Origin: a virus | Virus record (IMG/VR): IMGVR_UViG_3300020183_000046 | Span: 1-64,000 of that record | Direction: 5' to 3' (one strand) | DNA length: 64,000 nucleotides | Shown: positions 39,407-50,069 of the stretch, piece after piece | Numbering within the stretch: position 1 is the first letter of the stretch | Layout of the letters: every line of letters begins with the position of its first letter | The notes under the pieces: generated by a model | Databases searched by the model: none | The model's input: only the letters and a program-made list of their open reading frames with translations | Told to the model about the DNA's origin: nothing | Made by a program: the position numbers and the translations under genes

Positions 39407-41035
39407 TTATTTATTACTGTTGCTCTTTTGAGATGCGGGTTTGGGCGGATTTTTAGCTTGCTGGATCTGAACCTTCTTCATATCCATGTCCAAGTCTGCG
39501 CTTTGCTGCTCCCTATCCATGGAATCTTTCTCTTGAGATACCGTGTCGAGCGGATCAATTACTTTGCCAGACTTGATATCATTTGCCATTTCAACATCCA
39601 ACTCTTCCATTTGTTTCTCAGTCTGACCAAGAATTTGTTTGCGAATGTAATCCGTAGAGAAATACTTACCGACAAATGGATCCATCTGCGCGAGAATCTG
39701 AAGTTTCTCGTTCATCATCTCAAGGTTCTTTAATTCCGTGAAATGATTGTCATACAGATAGTCATACTGAATGTGCTCCTTCATCTGCTCCCAATCTTCA
39801 GGAGTAATAACTCCTTTGAGAATCAATTGAGTTTTCAGAGTATCTTGGAACAGTTCACTGAACTTTTTACGAAGCTTACCAACAAACTTTGTGAACTTTA
39901 GTTCATCTCTGGTGATCTCAGAAGATCTACCAAGGTTAAATGAGGTAGCGGAATCGAGTCTACCAGAAGGGACATTTAACGCTTTGTAAAGTTTTGTTTG
40001 GAAATATTGCACATCTGTAAGCTCTCCGAGGTTCTGCCCTCCTGGGAGAGTTGTGATCTCCGTGCCACGACCACCTTCCCTACGTGGAAGCCAAAAGTCT
40101 TCCAGCATAGACATATATTTGCGATCGTCACGGATCTCCCCAGTATTGGCGTCGTAAACTAACTTGTTACGATAACGACCCATTACCTCTCTGAGGTATT
40201 GTTCTGCTTTTACCTTGGGAAGATTACCAACGTCGATGTAGAAAATTCTACGTTCTGGTGCGCGAGAGATTCTGTAAATAACAAGACTGTCCTCAATCAT
40301 TCTCAGTTGATTGAGAACTTTAATTGCCTTGTGTAAATATGAAAGAACAATATTTCTATTCGTATCTAAGATGCCAGATGTCACATAGGTGATAGCATCT
40401 TTTGCAATTTTAATACCACTATTTGCAGCAGTATTGTTTAATCCTTTTGAGTTGTAAATGAAATATTCCTCGGTCCTACCGAAATCATAATTCATAAACT
40501 CGTCAACGTTCTTCGGATTCTTATTAATCTGACGAACTTTTTTAATCTTGTTTGGATCGATATAACGCAGCTCAAGAATGCCATCTTGAGGTTTGTTTAA
40601 GTCGATTACTTTATGATAATATAAACGCCCATCGATGTACCAACGACGGAACATCTCATGGGCTTTGTTATCAAATCCAAAAAGATTTTTGATATAATCA
40701 AACTCTTTGCGAATCATTCCCTTGACGCTATCGCTAACTTCAAGGTTGTCAAGATTAATTTCTACTGGGGAATCATTCTGATCAGCAACGATTGCTTCAT
40801 GAACAATATCCTCAATAGCGGAATCAACTTCTGGATGCATCGCCATTTCGCGATACTTTACCACCATGTCAAACTCGGTCTTAAAGTTACCATCTAAGTC
40901 AATATACTGACCGTAGTAACCTCCAGCAATAAAGCTAGTAGCGCCGTCTTCGTTTGTAGGGGGAACAGGGGAAGGTGCGTTTACCTTTTTCCCCTGTTCT
41001 TTTTCCCTAAACGAAAATCCAAATAACTCTGCCAT
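39407..41035 (-). CDS. g20: Portal protein (gp20)
   Basis: IYRISRAPERRIFYIDVGNLPK; EDFWLPRREGGRGTEI. Confidence 0.97.
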   Translation of the reverse strand: MAELFGFSFREKEQGKKVNAPSPVPPTNEDGATSFIAGGYYGQYIDLDGNFKTEFDMVVKYREMAMHPEVDSAIEDIVHEAIVADQNDSPVEINLDNLEVSDSVKGMIRKEFDYIKNLFGFDNKAHEMFRRWYIDGRLYYHKVIDLNKPQDGILELRYIDPNKIKKVRQINKNPKNVDEFMNYDFGRTEEYFIYNSKGLNNTAANSGIKIAKDAITYVTSGILDTNRNIVLSYLHKAIKVLNQLRMIEDSLVIYRISRAPERRIFYIDVGNLPKVKAEQYLREVMGRYRNKLVYDANTGEIRDDRKYMSMLEDFWLPRREGGRGTEITTLPGGQNLGELTDVQYFQTKLYKALNVPSGRLDSATSFNLGRSSEITRDELKFTKFVGKLRKKFSELFQDTLKTQLILKGVITPEDWEQMKEHIQYDYLYDNHFTELKNLEMMNEKLQILAQMDPFVGKYFSTDYIRKQILGQTEKQMEELDVEMANDIKSGKVIDPLDTVSQEKDSMDREQQSADLDMDMKKVQIQQAKNPPKPASQKSNSNK

Positions 41036-41076
41036 TATAAATCTTTTGATTCCGTTCTACTATTTAGTTTACTAAT

Positions 41077-41679
41077 TTAGACGTTAGCTGCTTCCATAGT
41101 ATTACCACCACCGCCTTGTTGGGCAGATGTGGTAAAGAACTGGTATGCAAACTCTACGTCAAATTCCTCATAGGAATCGTTGTTGTCATATGCAACAGTT
41201 ACCTGAGAAACTGAAACTGGGAAAGCTTGAACCAGAGTGTAGCTTCTAATAGCTCTTAAACCATTAGCGCCACCACCAAACTTATCAAGTTGTGCAATTT
41301 CAATATCCTTAAGGATATCGCTATAAGCAGTTACTTCAGAAATGTTGGCGTTAACTCTGTTTGTCAGATCAACCCATCTTTCGTAGGCACCTCTGAGTTG
41401 GAAGCTATCATCCATGTAGAATGTTGCTGTCCAGTTCTCAAAGGTTCTGTCTCCAGGAACTTTAATCACACGACCACGGAAAGGAAGTTCTACCGTTCCG
41501 ACGCTAGTTGCTGGCAGAGCAGCGGACTTACACATGATTGAAACTGTCTCTCCATCTGGTCCATTCAAACCACCAGCATCAGGAAATGAATGCTGGACTT
41601 GGAACAGATTGGGGCGAACTGCCCCTTTGATTTTATTTTGAAATTTGCTCAACCCAAGAGCACTTGCTTCTAATGCCAT
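41077..41679 (-). CDS. g19: Tail tube protein (gp19)
   Basis: RPNLF; PFRGR.IK.PGDRTF..W. Confidence 0.93.
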   Translation of the reverse strand: MALEASALGLSKFQNKIKGAVRPNLFQVQHSFPDAGGLNGPDGETVSIMCKSAALPATSVGTVELPFRGRVIKVPGDRTFENWTATFYMDDSFQLRGAYERWVDLTNRVNANISEVTAYSDILKDIEIAQLDKFGGGANGLRAIRSYTLVQAFPVSVSQVTVAYDNNDSYEEFDVEFAYQFFTTSAQQGGGGNTMEAANV

Positions 41680-41701
41680 TTTAGATACTTCTCCTGATTA
41701 A

Positions 41702-43663
41702 TTATCTACGGGGAACGACTTCTTCAAAGCTAACTCCAGTGCGAGTTGCGATGAAGGTCAGGGTGATGAAGTTAATAGAGCGTGCTGGTTTGATGTAAAT
41801 CTCAGCAACGAATTCGTTGGAATCAATTACTGCAGCAGTGTTATTAGTGTCATCGCAGACTACAAGAAAATCTGTGATGCCTCTAGCAGCTTGAATGTCT
41901 CTGAGGAATGGCTCAACAACATTCTTAAAGTTTGCTCTAGTGAACTCATCGTTAATTTCAAAGAGTACCCCCTTCGCAGCGTTACCGATTGTCTTCTCTG
42001 CAATCAGGAAGAGACGGCGAACGTTAATGCGATCAAATGCGGATGGCGAAGCGAGAGCTGTTTTGTCACCAAAGAGAACAATTCCTTGACCAGGCAGAGA
42101 AGTAACTGGGTTGATTCTCTTCTGATAGAGGCGATCTCTTTCAGCTTTGGTTGGTGAATATGCTAACTTAATAGCATTTTTGATTGAACCACGATTCAGA
42201 CCAGCTGGTGAGAACCATGGAGTTCCGTTTGCTGTAACGGAAGCGCACAGACCAGCAACATCTGGGTTGCAAGGAATGTAGCGATACTTATCGTTGAATC
42301 TGTCATAGATGTACTTATATCCGTTATCGAAAACGGCATATGAAGTGCTTTCTAACGAATCGAAGAAAGAGACAACGTTGTTAGTTTGATCAGTCGATGA
42401 CTGTACACCGATAACGTTTGATCTTGCTGGTGAAAGGAAAGCGATGCAATCTTTTCTGGAAGATGCAATACTGATCAGAGAAGCTGCTTTTGACTTAGCA
42501 TCAGAAACGCTACCAGCAGAAGGACCCATCAGGAGATAGTCAACCTGAACGGTTTCTGGATCAGCAAGTTCTTGATATGCTTGTTGTACTTCACCAAGAG
42601 TAACTGCAAAATCATCTGCACCCTTTGCAAGAGTGTATACGTATTTTCCAAGAATATCAAATGCAGTTGAAGAAGTGCCACCAGTATTGGTGTTAGATGA
42701 AGTAACTGCATTTGCGCTTACTTCATAAGAATCTTCTTCATGCTTACCCCAGTGAACCCAAGATGAAGCTTCAAGAATAACATCTGGATAGTAATTAACT
42801 CCACCTTCTGCAGTTCTTGCGTCAGATGCCTTCGAGAGATAGGTCAACTTTTCAAGAACAGTATTTGGAGTTCCAGTGATCTTACCATCAGCATCATATA
42901 CAACCATGTGAAGTTCATCTCTTGAACCACCACGATCTGATACAAACTTTGAGGTGCCAGGACGAGGAGCGATATTGTTCCACTTGAGACCAGTGAAAAC
43001 TACTTGCTCATCGTACCATTCAGCAACTGCTGAGATTGACAGGTCAGTAGCACCATTTTCTACAGAGTCGCTTCCAGTAAACTCACCACCAGTTTTGTTA
43101 ATAATGGCAAGCTTGTTAGATACAGAATCCCAGGAATAAATCCATGCCTCTTTAGTTGCACCAACGTTAGTGATTACTGTACCAACAGTAGTAGTCGAAG
43201 GTGCGCCACTCAGGGTCAGGATTTGATCAGCGCCAGAATCAATAAAAGCAACACGTAAAGAGTTTCCAATTGCCCCAGGTGTTCTGGCAGCAAAGTGCCA
43301 ACCGTTATTACCAGTGTAATAGTTTGATTCGAAATCTTCCTTATTCTTGATCTTTAAGGTATATGGGAGTGTTGCGTCATCCGATGCGTTGAGGTGACTT
43401 GCATCACATCTTACAACATCAAGAACACCACCATAAGCTAAGAAGCTCGATGCACACCACCAGTATTCGTAGTTCTCTTCTACTGGTTTACCAAAGATTT
43501 CCAGGAGCTGCGCTTCACTGGTAACTCTGGTTGGTGTAAGAACTGGACCCTTTTGGAAAGGACCAGCAATAGCTCCTACATTAGTTTCTACTGTCTCAAT
43601 CGATCCAAGAGTGAGGTCTCTTTCTTGGATCGCTACTCCTGGCGAGAGAAGCGTGCTAGCCAT
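41702..43663 (-). CDS. g18: Tail sheath protein (gp18)
   Basis: SPGV...E.D; WFSPAG.NRG; FDRINVRRLF; TATAAATA at 43704-43711. Confidence 0.97.
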   Translation of the reverse strand: MASTLLSPGVAIQERDLTLGSIETVETNVGAIAGPFQKGPVLTPTRVTSEAQLLEIFGKPVEENYEYWWCASSFLAYGGVLDVVRCDASHLNASDDATLPYTLKIKNKEDFESNYYTGNNGWHFAARTPGAIGNSLRVAFIDSGADQILTLSGAPSTTTVGTVITNVGATKEAWIYSWDSVSNKLAIINKTGGEFTGSDSVENGATDLSISAVAEWYDEQVVFTGLKWNNIAPRPGTSKFVSDRGGSRDELHMVVYDADGKITGTPNTVLEKLTYLSKASDARTAEGGVNYYPDVILEASSWVHWGKHEEDSYEVSANAVTSSNTNTGGTSSTAFDILGKYVYTLAKGADDFAVTLGEVQQAYQELADPETVQVDYLLMGPSAGSVSDAKSKAASLISIASSRKDCIAFLSPARSNVIGVQSSTDQTNNVVSFFDSLESTSYAVFDNGYKYIYDRFNDKYRYIPCNPDVAGLCASVTANGTPWFSPAGLNRGSIKNAIKLAYSPTKAERDRLYQKRINPVTSLPGQGIVLFGDKTALASPSAFDRINVRRLFLIAEKTIGNAAKGVLFEINDEFTRANFKNVVEPFLRDIQAARGITDFLVVCDDTNNTAAVIDSNEFVAEIYIKPARSINFITLTFIATRTGVSFEEVVPRR

Positions 43664-43723
43664 GCGTTAACTCCTGAATAAAGATTTCATTTTTGTCTAG
43701 AATTATTTATAAATTGCCTTGTT

Positions 43724-45400
43724 TCAGCGATACTCCCACATGAAGGAACGATCACCATATTCGTCAAGATTCCATCCAGCATTCCGATCATTAATATCTG
43801 CAGTCCAAATATTTCCTTGACTGTCAACTTCAACCATATCATCTAGACCATCAAGAATAAAACCAAACGGTGCCATGTCCTGCTCAATTTGATTTTTCTG
43901 CTCTTCATATATCCTCTTTCGGATATCTTGATCTGTCATCTCCTTAAAATAAGGTTGTTGAACCAACCAAGAAAAAATAACCAAACACATTACCAAGTCA
44001 TCGTTGTATCCTTCATCGGCTTCAAACGATTGTTTTCTTTGAATGAACGTTGTTAGTTCCGAAACAATATTGTAATCATTTACAACTAACTTATCGTCTT
44101 CTATTAATGTCTTTAAGTTTGAACATCCTTGAGCTTTAACTGTCTTGGACATCTTGACTCCCATTTGAGTTTTACCTCCAGAGAATCCATGTCCAACTAT
44201 TTGACCTGCACGACCTCTCATCGCACACATCAAAACATTTTCATATTCAATATCATAGTGAAGCATGGAGGCAACAGCTTCTCCAATATCATTTACTTCA
44301 ACTAAAACATATGCATTATTATAACTTGATGCCACCCGTTGAATAACATTAGGAAGCAACATGGGTTTGATATCATGGTCCCTATATTTTGCCACTAGCT
44401 TCCACGGAGCTTGAGTAATATCAATAACAACGAAAGCAGAGTAGTCCTGAGACAAACCTCTACTAACATCAACACATATAATATAATCGTGGTTATCGAG
44501 TGCTGGTTCATATACATCCAAACCTGCGTTACTTGTGATGGGATCTTCGTATATTAATGATCTAATTTTTGATGCTGAAATTAAAGTATCAACAGATCCG
44601 AGAAACTCACATTCAAATTCTTGTGTGAACTGTCGTTCAGATGTATTAGCTATTGTAGTTCGTTTCCAATCATCATCCCTACCAGGAACTTCTGACCAGT
44701 GAACTTCGGTCCAAATATATCCATTCCTATTCTTCTGAGCATCAACCCAAAGTTTATAGAAATGGTTCATTCCATTTGGCGTTGAAATAATTATGACCTT
44801 CGTGCTTTTACCTGAAGTAATAGTAGGATAAACAGAGGCAAAGAATTGCTCTGCAATATGGTTTGGAATGAAAGCGAATTCGTCGAGGAAGATGATATTA
44901 AACGACATGCCTCGGACAGCAGACGCAGATGTAGAAGCTGCCAATATCTTACTGCCATTTTCCAACTCCATCGAACCTTTGTTGTAGACCACTATACCCT
45001 GTTGCATCCAGAGTGGCAACTGTTCATAAGCTAACTGTAACCTACCCAGAAGGTCCCTGGCTGTGGACAATTTGTTTGCCAGGATGCCTATGTTGACGTT
45101 ATCGTTAAACAGGGCATAATGGAGGAGATACGATACACACGTTGTTGATTTGCCAGTCTGTCTTGGCAACTTTGCAATATTGAATCTATGCTCGTGGAAA
45201 TTTTGAATGAGCTGCTTTTGAAAATCCCACATCTTAAAGGGAACAACACCTTCATCAAGAGAGATAATTTTCACATAGTTCATAGCAAAGTAGACTGGAT
45301 CTTCTTTGCACTTGATGTATTCTTGAATCTGTTCTTCCGTAAACTCAATTGGCGTTCCAACTTTCTTGAGGTTGGGGTTACCAAGATAAAATTCAGACAT
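43724..45400 (-). CDS. g17: Terminase large subunit (gp17)
   Basis: PRQTGKST; FLDEFAF; STPNG; DDLVM. Confidence 0.97.
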   Translation of the reverse strand: MSEFYLGNPNLKKVGTPIEFTEEQIQEYIKCKEDPVYFAMNYVKIISLDEGVVPFKMWDFQKQLIQNFHEHRFNIAKLPRQTGKSTTCVSYLLHYALFNDNVNIGILANKLSTARDLLGRLQLAYEQLPLWMQQGIVVYNKGSMELENGSKILAASTSASAVRGMSFNIIFLDEFAFIPNHIAEQFFASVYPTITSGKSTKVIIISTPNGMNHFYKLWVDAQKNRNGYIWTEVHWSEVPGRDDDWKRTTIANTSERQFTQEFECEFLGSVDTLISASKIRSLIYEDPITSNAGLDVYEPALDNHDYIICVDVSRGLSQDYSAFVVIDITQAPWKLVAKYRDHDIKPMLLPNVIQRVASSYNNAYVLVEVNDIGEAVASMLHYDIEYENVLMCAMRGRAGQIVGHGFSGGKTQMGVKMSKTVKAQGCSNLKTLIEDDKLVVNDYNIVSELTTFIQRKQSFEADEGYNDDLVMCLVIFSWLVQQPYFKEMTDQDIRKRIYEEQKNQIEQDMAPFGFILDGLDDMVEVDSQGNIWTADINDRNAGWNLDEYGDRSFMWEYR

Positions 45401-45423
45401 GTCTAATAGTTCTTCACAGAACT

Positions 45424-45453
45424 ATTTAACAAAAAAAGGAGGTCAAGCCTCCC
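45424..45453 (-). terminator. Terminator followed by late promoter for g17
   Basis: GGAGG-CTTGA-CCTCC-T7, then TAAATA. Confidence 0.7.
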
Positions 45454-45628
45454 TAAAGTTATTTAAATAATACCAATCTTCTGCAGTTTCGTAACTCTCA
45501 AAGTAGTGGATTCTACCTTTCCAAACTAAAGTAAATCTTCCAATCAAGCTATCGAAACCGATGTTAGGCTTACCATCCTCTTCAATTTCGTCTTCGACAT
45601 AGAGACGATCTTCTGGAACTTCACTCAT
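45443..45628 (-). CDS. Hypothetical protein
   Basis: ORF track. Confidence 0.5.
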   Translation of the reverse strand: MSEVPEDRLYVEDEIEEDGKPNIGFDSLIGRFTLVWKGRIHYFESYETAEDWYYLNNFREA

Positions 45629-45770
45629 CTAAAACCTTCTCCCTTTCTACTCTTGCGAGTTCACGTTCAATTATAGCACGAACTTGTCTTGCTCGTCCAG
45701 TCTCTCTAAATTGCTCTAGTATAAAAAGTTCTCTTTGTAGGTCTTCGATCGAGGGAAATCTTTCTTCCAT
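45621..45770 (-). CDS. Hypothetical protein (49 aa)
   Basis: Manual translation MEERFPSIEDLQRELF...; downstream of a sigma70 promoter. Confidence 0.5.
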   Translation of the reverse strand: MEERFPSIEDLQRELFILEQFRETGRARQVRAIIERELARVEREKVLDE

Positions 45771-45796
45771 AACACTACTCTGTGAATGCAATCCAG

Positions 45797-45825
45797 AGTA
45801 TATATCCTACGCAGAAAAGTGTCAA
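45797..45825 (-). promoter_or_regulatory. Sigma70-type promoter within the g16-g17 variable region
   Basis: TTGACA-17-TATACT. Confidence 0.7.
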
Positions 45826-45878
45826 TAATAATCCTACACAAAGGATTGCTACAACACCATATGGAAAATCTTGTGGCA

Positions 45879-46091
45879 TTATGGGTGATCTTCTTCTAAT
45901 TCTTTAAGTCTTTTTCCCCAGGTTGTTCCCTTTTCGGAACCCCTCTTAGGATTTATACAACTATCATCTCCAAATTGATTACAAACAAGACCTGCTAGAT
46001 CATCTTCATTTCCAAGCTTGTTTGTACCAGTCCAATAATGTTGGTTGCCAATCCAGGTAGCCCCGCATTTAGGGCATATCTTTGTGTTCAT
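45879..46091 (-). CDS. Small Cys-rich protein
   Basis: CPKC...LAGLVC......CINP. Confidence 0.65.
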   Translation of the reverse strand: MNTKICPKCGATWIGNQHYWTGTNKLGNEDDLAGLVCNQFGDDSCINPKRGSEKGTTWGKRLKELEEDHP

Positions 46092-46299
46092 CTTTATACT
46101 CCTTGAGGAACTTTTGGAAGTCGGTTGTGTCTCTCACTAGTTTCCTCTTGAGTTTCCAACCCATCCATTTCATTTGAACTCTTACGAATGCATAACGCAC
46201 TTGCAAATCCGCATAAGCAAAAAGCTTCATGGTCTCTTCCAATCCAGCGTAAGCTACCAAGATTGCAAAGAAGACTATGATGAAATAAAAACCGTACAT
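46069..46299 (-). CDS. Small membrane protein
   Basis: N-terminal hydrophobic helix FYFIIVFFAILVAYAG. Confidence 0.65.
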   Translation of the reverse strand: MYGFYFIIVFFAILVAYAGLEETMKLFAYADLQVRYAFVRVQMKWMGWKLKRKLVRDTTDFQKFLKEYKDEHKDMP

Positions 46300-46395
46300 T
46301 TTGGTAACTTTCTGCTACACAGATTATACCACTATTTACCAAAATGAAACATTCTTAAAATTAATGTGATATATCAAAAGAAATTATTAATGATT

Positions 46396-47004
46396 TCATC
46401 GGCAGTTCCATCTCCTCAGTGCTTTATTGATTCTGCTATCTGGATCTCTAGCAGTTTTAGATGAAGTTAGCTTTGTCTTCATTCCTTTCATACGGCGACA
46501 GAATGATGCTCTACGCTTAGCTCTTTTTCCTTTGGGTTTCTTTTCAGTAACTGCGGTCTGTAGTTTAGAACCTGGGTTCTCTTTACGATATGCATTAACT
46601 GCTTTCTGACTCAACCCATCCGTTTTATCCTTACGATTGACTGACTGCCAATCCTCCTTTTGCATCTTCTTAACATTCTTCTGTGCTTCAGGGTGCTCTC
46701 TAGAGTATACTTTCTTATCGTTTGTAGATTTTTCTACCGCACATCCACAGTGCTCTCTAAATTCTTTGAATGTTTTCATTTTCCTTTCTTCTTTAGTTAG
46801 GAATACTGAAGAATCTGTAGGATCAGATTCCCAAAACGTAACAACTCTACTTCCTGGATAAATCCTATCTACAATTCTTTGAGCTTGAGATCTTTGCATT
46901 AATGCAGTTTTAGATCTAAAAACATTTACAGAAAAAGGTGACCCTCTCCACATCAAGGAGATGGTATAGTATCTACCATAAGAAGTGGGAAGTCTTTCCG
47001 CCAT
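46396..47004 (-). CDS. Basic conserved phage protein, putative internal protein
   Basis: NPGSKL..AVT...RR.SFC.RM.GMK...DP.SRINKALRRW.C; internal MKTFKEF motif. Confidence 0.7.
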   Translation of the reverse strand: MAERLPTSYGRYYTISLMWRGSPFSVNVFRSKTALMQRSQAQRIVDRIYPGSRVVTFWESDPTDSSVFLTKEERKMKTFKEFREHCGCAVEKSTNDKKVYSREHPEAQKNVKKMQKEDWQSVNRKDKTDGLSQKAVNAYRKENPGSKLQTAVTEKKPKGKRAKRRASFCRRMKGMKTKLTSSKTARDPDSRINKALRRWNCR

Positions 47005-47303
47005 CAGTTTCTATATGCAATAGAGGTTGCATACACAATTCCATCAGCGTAGATAAAATGTGCTGGATTCTTTTCAATAACTAAAGTTTCTTGAAGTGCA
47101 ACTCTGATGGATGCAATTGGAGCTTGACCTTGAGTGGATACAATATTGATTGTTATACCATCTTGATCTTGAGTTGTTCCACCACCAAGAACCAAACCCG
47201 CTGGATAAACGTGAATTAATTTGGCATTACTTAAAGTCGTTGCAGTGCCACTACTGGTTGGTAATAACGCCGTAGTGTTCAGTGGCTTAATGATACCTGT
47301 CAT
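47004..47303 (-). CDS. Hypothetical virion-associated protein
   Basis: ORF directly after g16. Confidence 0.6.
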   Translation of the reverse strand: MTGIIKPLNTTALLPTSSGTATTLSNAKLIHVYPAGLVLGGGTTQDQDGITINIVSTQGQAPIASIRVALQETLVIEKNPAHFIYADGIVYATSIAYRN

Positions 47304-47325
47304 TTTATTTTAAGTGACCTTCTTT

Positions 47326-47745
47326 TTATTTATCTTTTTTCTTCGATGCGTCTTTCAACATCTTTTGTAGATCAGCCGTGCTTCCAACAAAAAGAGCATT
47401 AGTTACATTAGTAGGACCTTTTGCTTTCTCATCCTTAACATCTTTCTTGAGTTTTTGGAGTGCCATTAATTTATCGGCAACATCCCCTACGTGCTTGATT
47501 AACTGTCCAGCAACTTCGTATGCTCTAGGGTGATCAGAAGACATAGCCAAATCAAGAGCGCCGTTGATAGCTTCTTGTCCTTTGTCCACCAGCAGGTATA
47601 AATTGGATCTTGCATATTCATAGTCGCTTTGAACATCATCTCCATCAGGTTTTTCTTTCTTTACCTGAGGTTTTTCTTCTTGTTCAACTGGAACTATCTC
47701 GGCAAGAGTCTCAAATGCTTGATCTAAACCTTCAAAATTATCCAT
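47326..47745 (-). CDS. g16: Terminase small subunit (gp16)
   Basis: DYEYAR..L; HPRAYEVAGQLIK; FVGSTADLQK. Confidence 0.92.
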   Translation of the reverse strand: MDNFEGLDQAFETLAEIVPVEQEEKPQVKKEKPDGDDVQSDYEYARSNLYLLVDKGQEAINGALDLAMSSDHPRAYEVAGQLIKHVGDVADKLMALQKLKKDVKDEKAKGPTNVTNALFVGSTADLQKMLKDASKKKDK

Positions 47746-48739
47746 AGAAAGAAGTCAATTCATTAAATCCAAAGTCATCTCCAGCTTCAACCAGAGCATC
47801 ATCTGCCGTAGTAATTACATCGACAGGTGTTCCAGCAGCATGTGCGTCTGCTATAGTACCGTTCTGAGCTCGAACGACGGCAATCTTATTCGTACCTGGT
47901 TTTGATTTAACCTTCATTACTTCATTACCAATTTCTACAAATGCTCCAATTGGAATATTTGTAAAGTCCGCAACCTCAATAGTGAGAGTCTTAGTTGTAA
48001 TTGCACTAACAATAGTTGTTGTGTTATCCTTGTCTCTATCAACCAGTGCCTTTGGAGTAACTTGATAGGATACTTGTCTAGTTGCAGCTAAATCAACCTT
48101 GGTATGATAATCGACAGTTGCTTTTTTGATTGGCGACGTTGTTCCAACGGGACCAAAGACGTATGCTTTAGCTGTAAAATTTAAAGTGAAAAGTGTGAGT
48201 TTGCGATCATCAAATGATCCTTCATAATCATCTGAATATGAGATACTATTCAGAGTGATTGGAACGTCTCTAAACTCTTCCATCTCTTCTACAAGTTTGA
48301 TGGTAAGGTTATAAGATGGTTGGAAGAATGGTAAAATCTGCTCGACAATTTCTAACGCATCATCATTTGTCTTTGAGATAATATTTAACTCAAAGTCAAT
48401 ATTGTATGGGACAGGAGTAAATTGCTTCTTGACTACGTTATTATCTACAGACTTAAATGTAGTTGTGATTGGAGCTAACTTTCTAGATGCATCATAAGAA
48501 ATACCAGTCATCTCAAATGAAAGACGTGGTAAAGTAATAGCAACCTTTTGATTTAAGTCTGCTTGTTCTGTAATTCTTGCGAGAAACTTTTGGCGAGGTC
48601 CATATGCAAGAGGAACTTTCATCCTACTATAAGTAGTTCCATCTGGATTTTCTTTTCTTACTTCAATAGTATTGAAGACAGTTCCGAATGCAATAACACA
48701 CTTTCGGATTATCTTATTATAAGTATAGGTTCCCAACAT
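47738..48739 (-). CDS. g15: Tail sheath stabiliser (gp15)
   Basis: AFGTVFN; KVPLAYGP..KFL; LPRLSFE; EQILPFFQP. Confidence 0.93.
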   Translation of the reverse strand: MLGTYTYNKIIRKCVIAFGTVFNTIEVRKENPDGTTYSRMKVPLAYGPRQKFLARITEQADLNQKVAITLPRLSFEMTGISYDASRKLAPITTTFKSVDNNVVKKQFTPVPYNIDFELNIISKTNDDALEIVEQILPFFQPSYNLTIKLVEEMEEFRDVPITLNSISYSDDYEGSFDDRKLTLFTLNFTAKAYVFGPVGTTSPIKKATVDYHTKVDLAATRQVSYQVTPKALVDRDKDNTTTIVSAITTKTLTIEVADFTNIPIGAFVEIGNEVMKVKSKPGTNKIAVVRAQNGTIADAHAAGTPVDVITTADDALVEAGDDFGFNELTSFYG

Positions 48740-48740
48740 A

Positions 48741-50069
48741 TCAAGTAGCTACTCCAAATGGATTCGATTCAGTGAAATCTATAATGTCATCACCACTGAC
48801 TTCATAGAATTCATTTTCATAATATTTAGTATCTGTACTATCTATGTTATTATAAGAGTTGAGTGAAATGATCGCTCCAGAATTATCTCCAATAATCGCT
48901 TCACCGAGACTAAATGATTTTGTTGGATTCTTGAGTTTAATCCAACCCTCAGATGAATCCCACTCAACGAGTTGTGCTTGAGAACCAGTTGTTCCACCAG
49001 TTACAGTTTCTGGCACAACAAAAGATCCAGTGATTCCTGATGGTGGAGCAGAGAATGAGACAGTGGCAGTGGTATATCCTGAACCTGCATTTGTTACATC
49101 AATAAGACGAACTGACTTGTAGTTTGATCCACCATCAAGTAACTTGATAGATGTTAAAACTCCATTCGTAAATACTGGAAGCATAGAAGCAGTTTGTCCA
49201 CCAGTATCGGGATCTGAGACAACGAGAATTGTTCTATCCTCGTCATAACTTAAACCACCATCAACGATAGTAACTGCTCTTATTTCTCCATCCTTTACAG
49301 TAGCTCTAATTTTTGCTGCTCGAATAGGAGTTCCACCAGTCAGAGATACTGTTGCGAGATATGCTTTTGCAGTAGCTCCATTTCCATCTCCAGCAATTGT
49401 TACTGTTGGTGCTTCCATATATGAAGATCCACCATTAGTAATCAGAACTTGCTCAATCGATCCATTATTACGAGTAAGATTAGCAGTTGCAGTTGTTCCA
49501 GTATCTTTAAGGTAGTAGTACTTAACAGTATATCCAGTATCAATAAGTTCTTCGTCTCCCTCAAAGATATCTCCTTTCTCATCTTGATATTCAAAGAGCT
49601 CACACTTGAGTTTAAATATGTAGTTCTTTCCAATCTGATAGAATGGTTCTTCGTGTTCTACAAATTTGATTTCAAAATAATTATTAGTTAGTGGGAAGTA
49701 AACCAGATCACCTTCCTGTGGTCTTGTTCCTAAAAGAACTTCTGGATCTGCTAGTAAAAACTGTGAGATAAGATCCTCAAATCTTTGCTGGGAAATGACA
49801 AGAGTAATCTCATCGGATTGTCTAATTCCAAATTTAGTAAGTAAGTCTCCACCACCTTGGAATCCCTCGGCATTTTCTAAGTAAGCTTCGATGATATATG
49901 AGTCATCAAATTGAGAAATGATCTCTTCGTTAAAAACACTATCCTTACTAACAAGTTGTCTTGGAATATAAAGAATATCCATCCCAAACATCTTGAGATA
50001 TTCCTCCACAAGATTTTGTTGAAGGAATTGTTCGTTGCGAGTTCCGTGAGTGAAGTATACGTTTCTCAT
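48741..50069 (-). CDS. g14: Neck protein (gp14) with C-terminal repeat insertion
   Basis: RPQEGDLVYFP; FEIKFVEHEEPFYQ; IIDFTESNPFG. Confidence 0.92.
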   Translation of the reverse strand: MRNVYFTHGTRNEQFLQQNLVEEYLKMFGMDILYIPRQLVSKDSVFNEEIISQFDDSYIIEAYLENAEGFQGGGDLLTKFGIRQSDEITLVISQQRFEDLISQFLLADPEVLLGTRPQEGDLVYFPLTNNYFEIKFVEHEEPFYQIGKNYIFKLKCELFEYQDEKGDIFEGDEELIDTGYTVKYYYLKDTGTTATANLTRNNGSIEQVLITNGGSSYMEAPTVTIAGDGNGATAKAYLATVSLTGGTPIRAAKIRATVKDGEIRAVTIVDGGLSYDEDRTILVVSDPDTGGQTASMLPVFTNGVLTSIKLLDGGSNYKSVRLIDVTNAGSGYTTATVSFSAPPSGITGSFVVPETVTGGTTGSQAQLVEWDSSEGWIKLKNPTKSFSLGEAIIGDNSGAIISLNSYNNIDSTDTKYYENEFYEVSGDDIIDFTESNPFGVAT

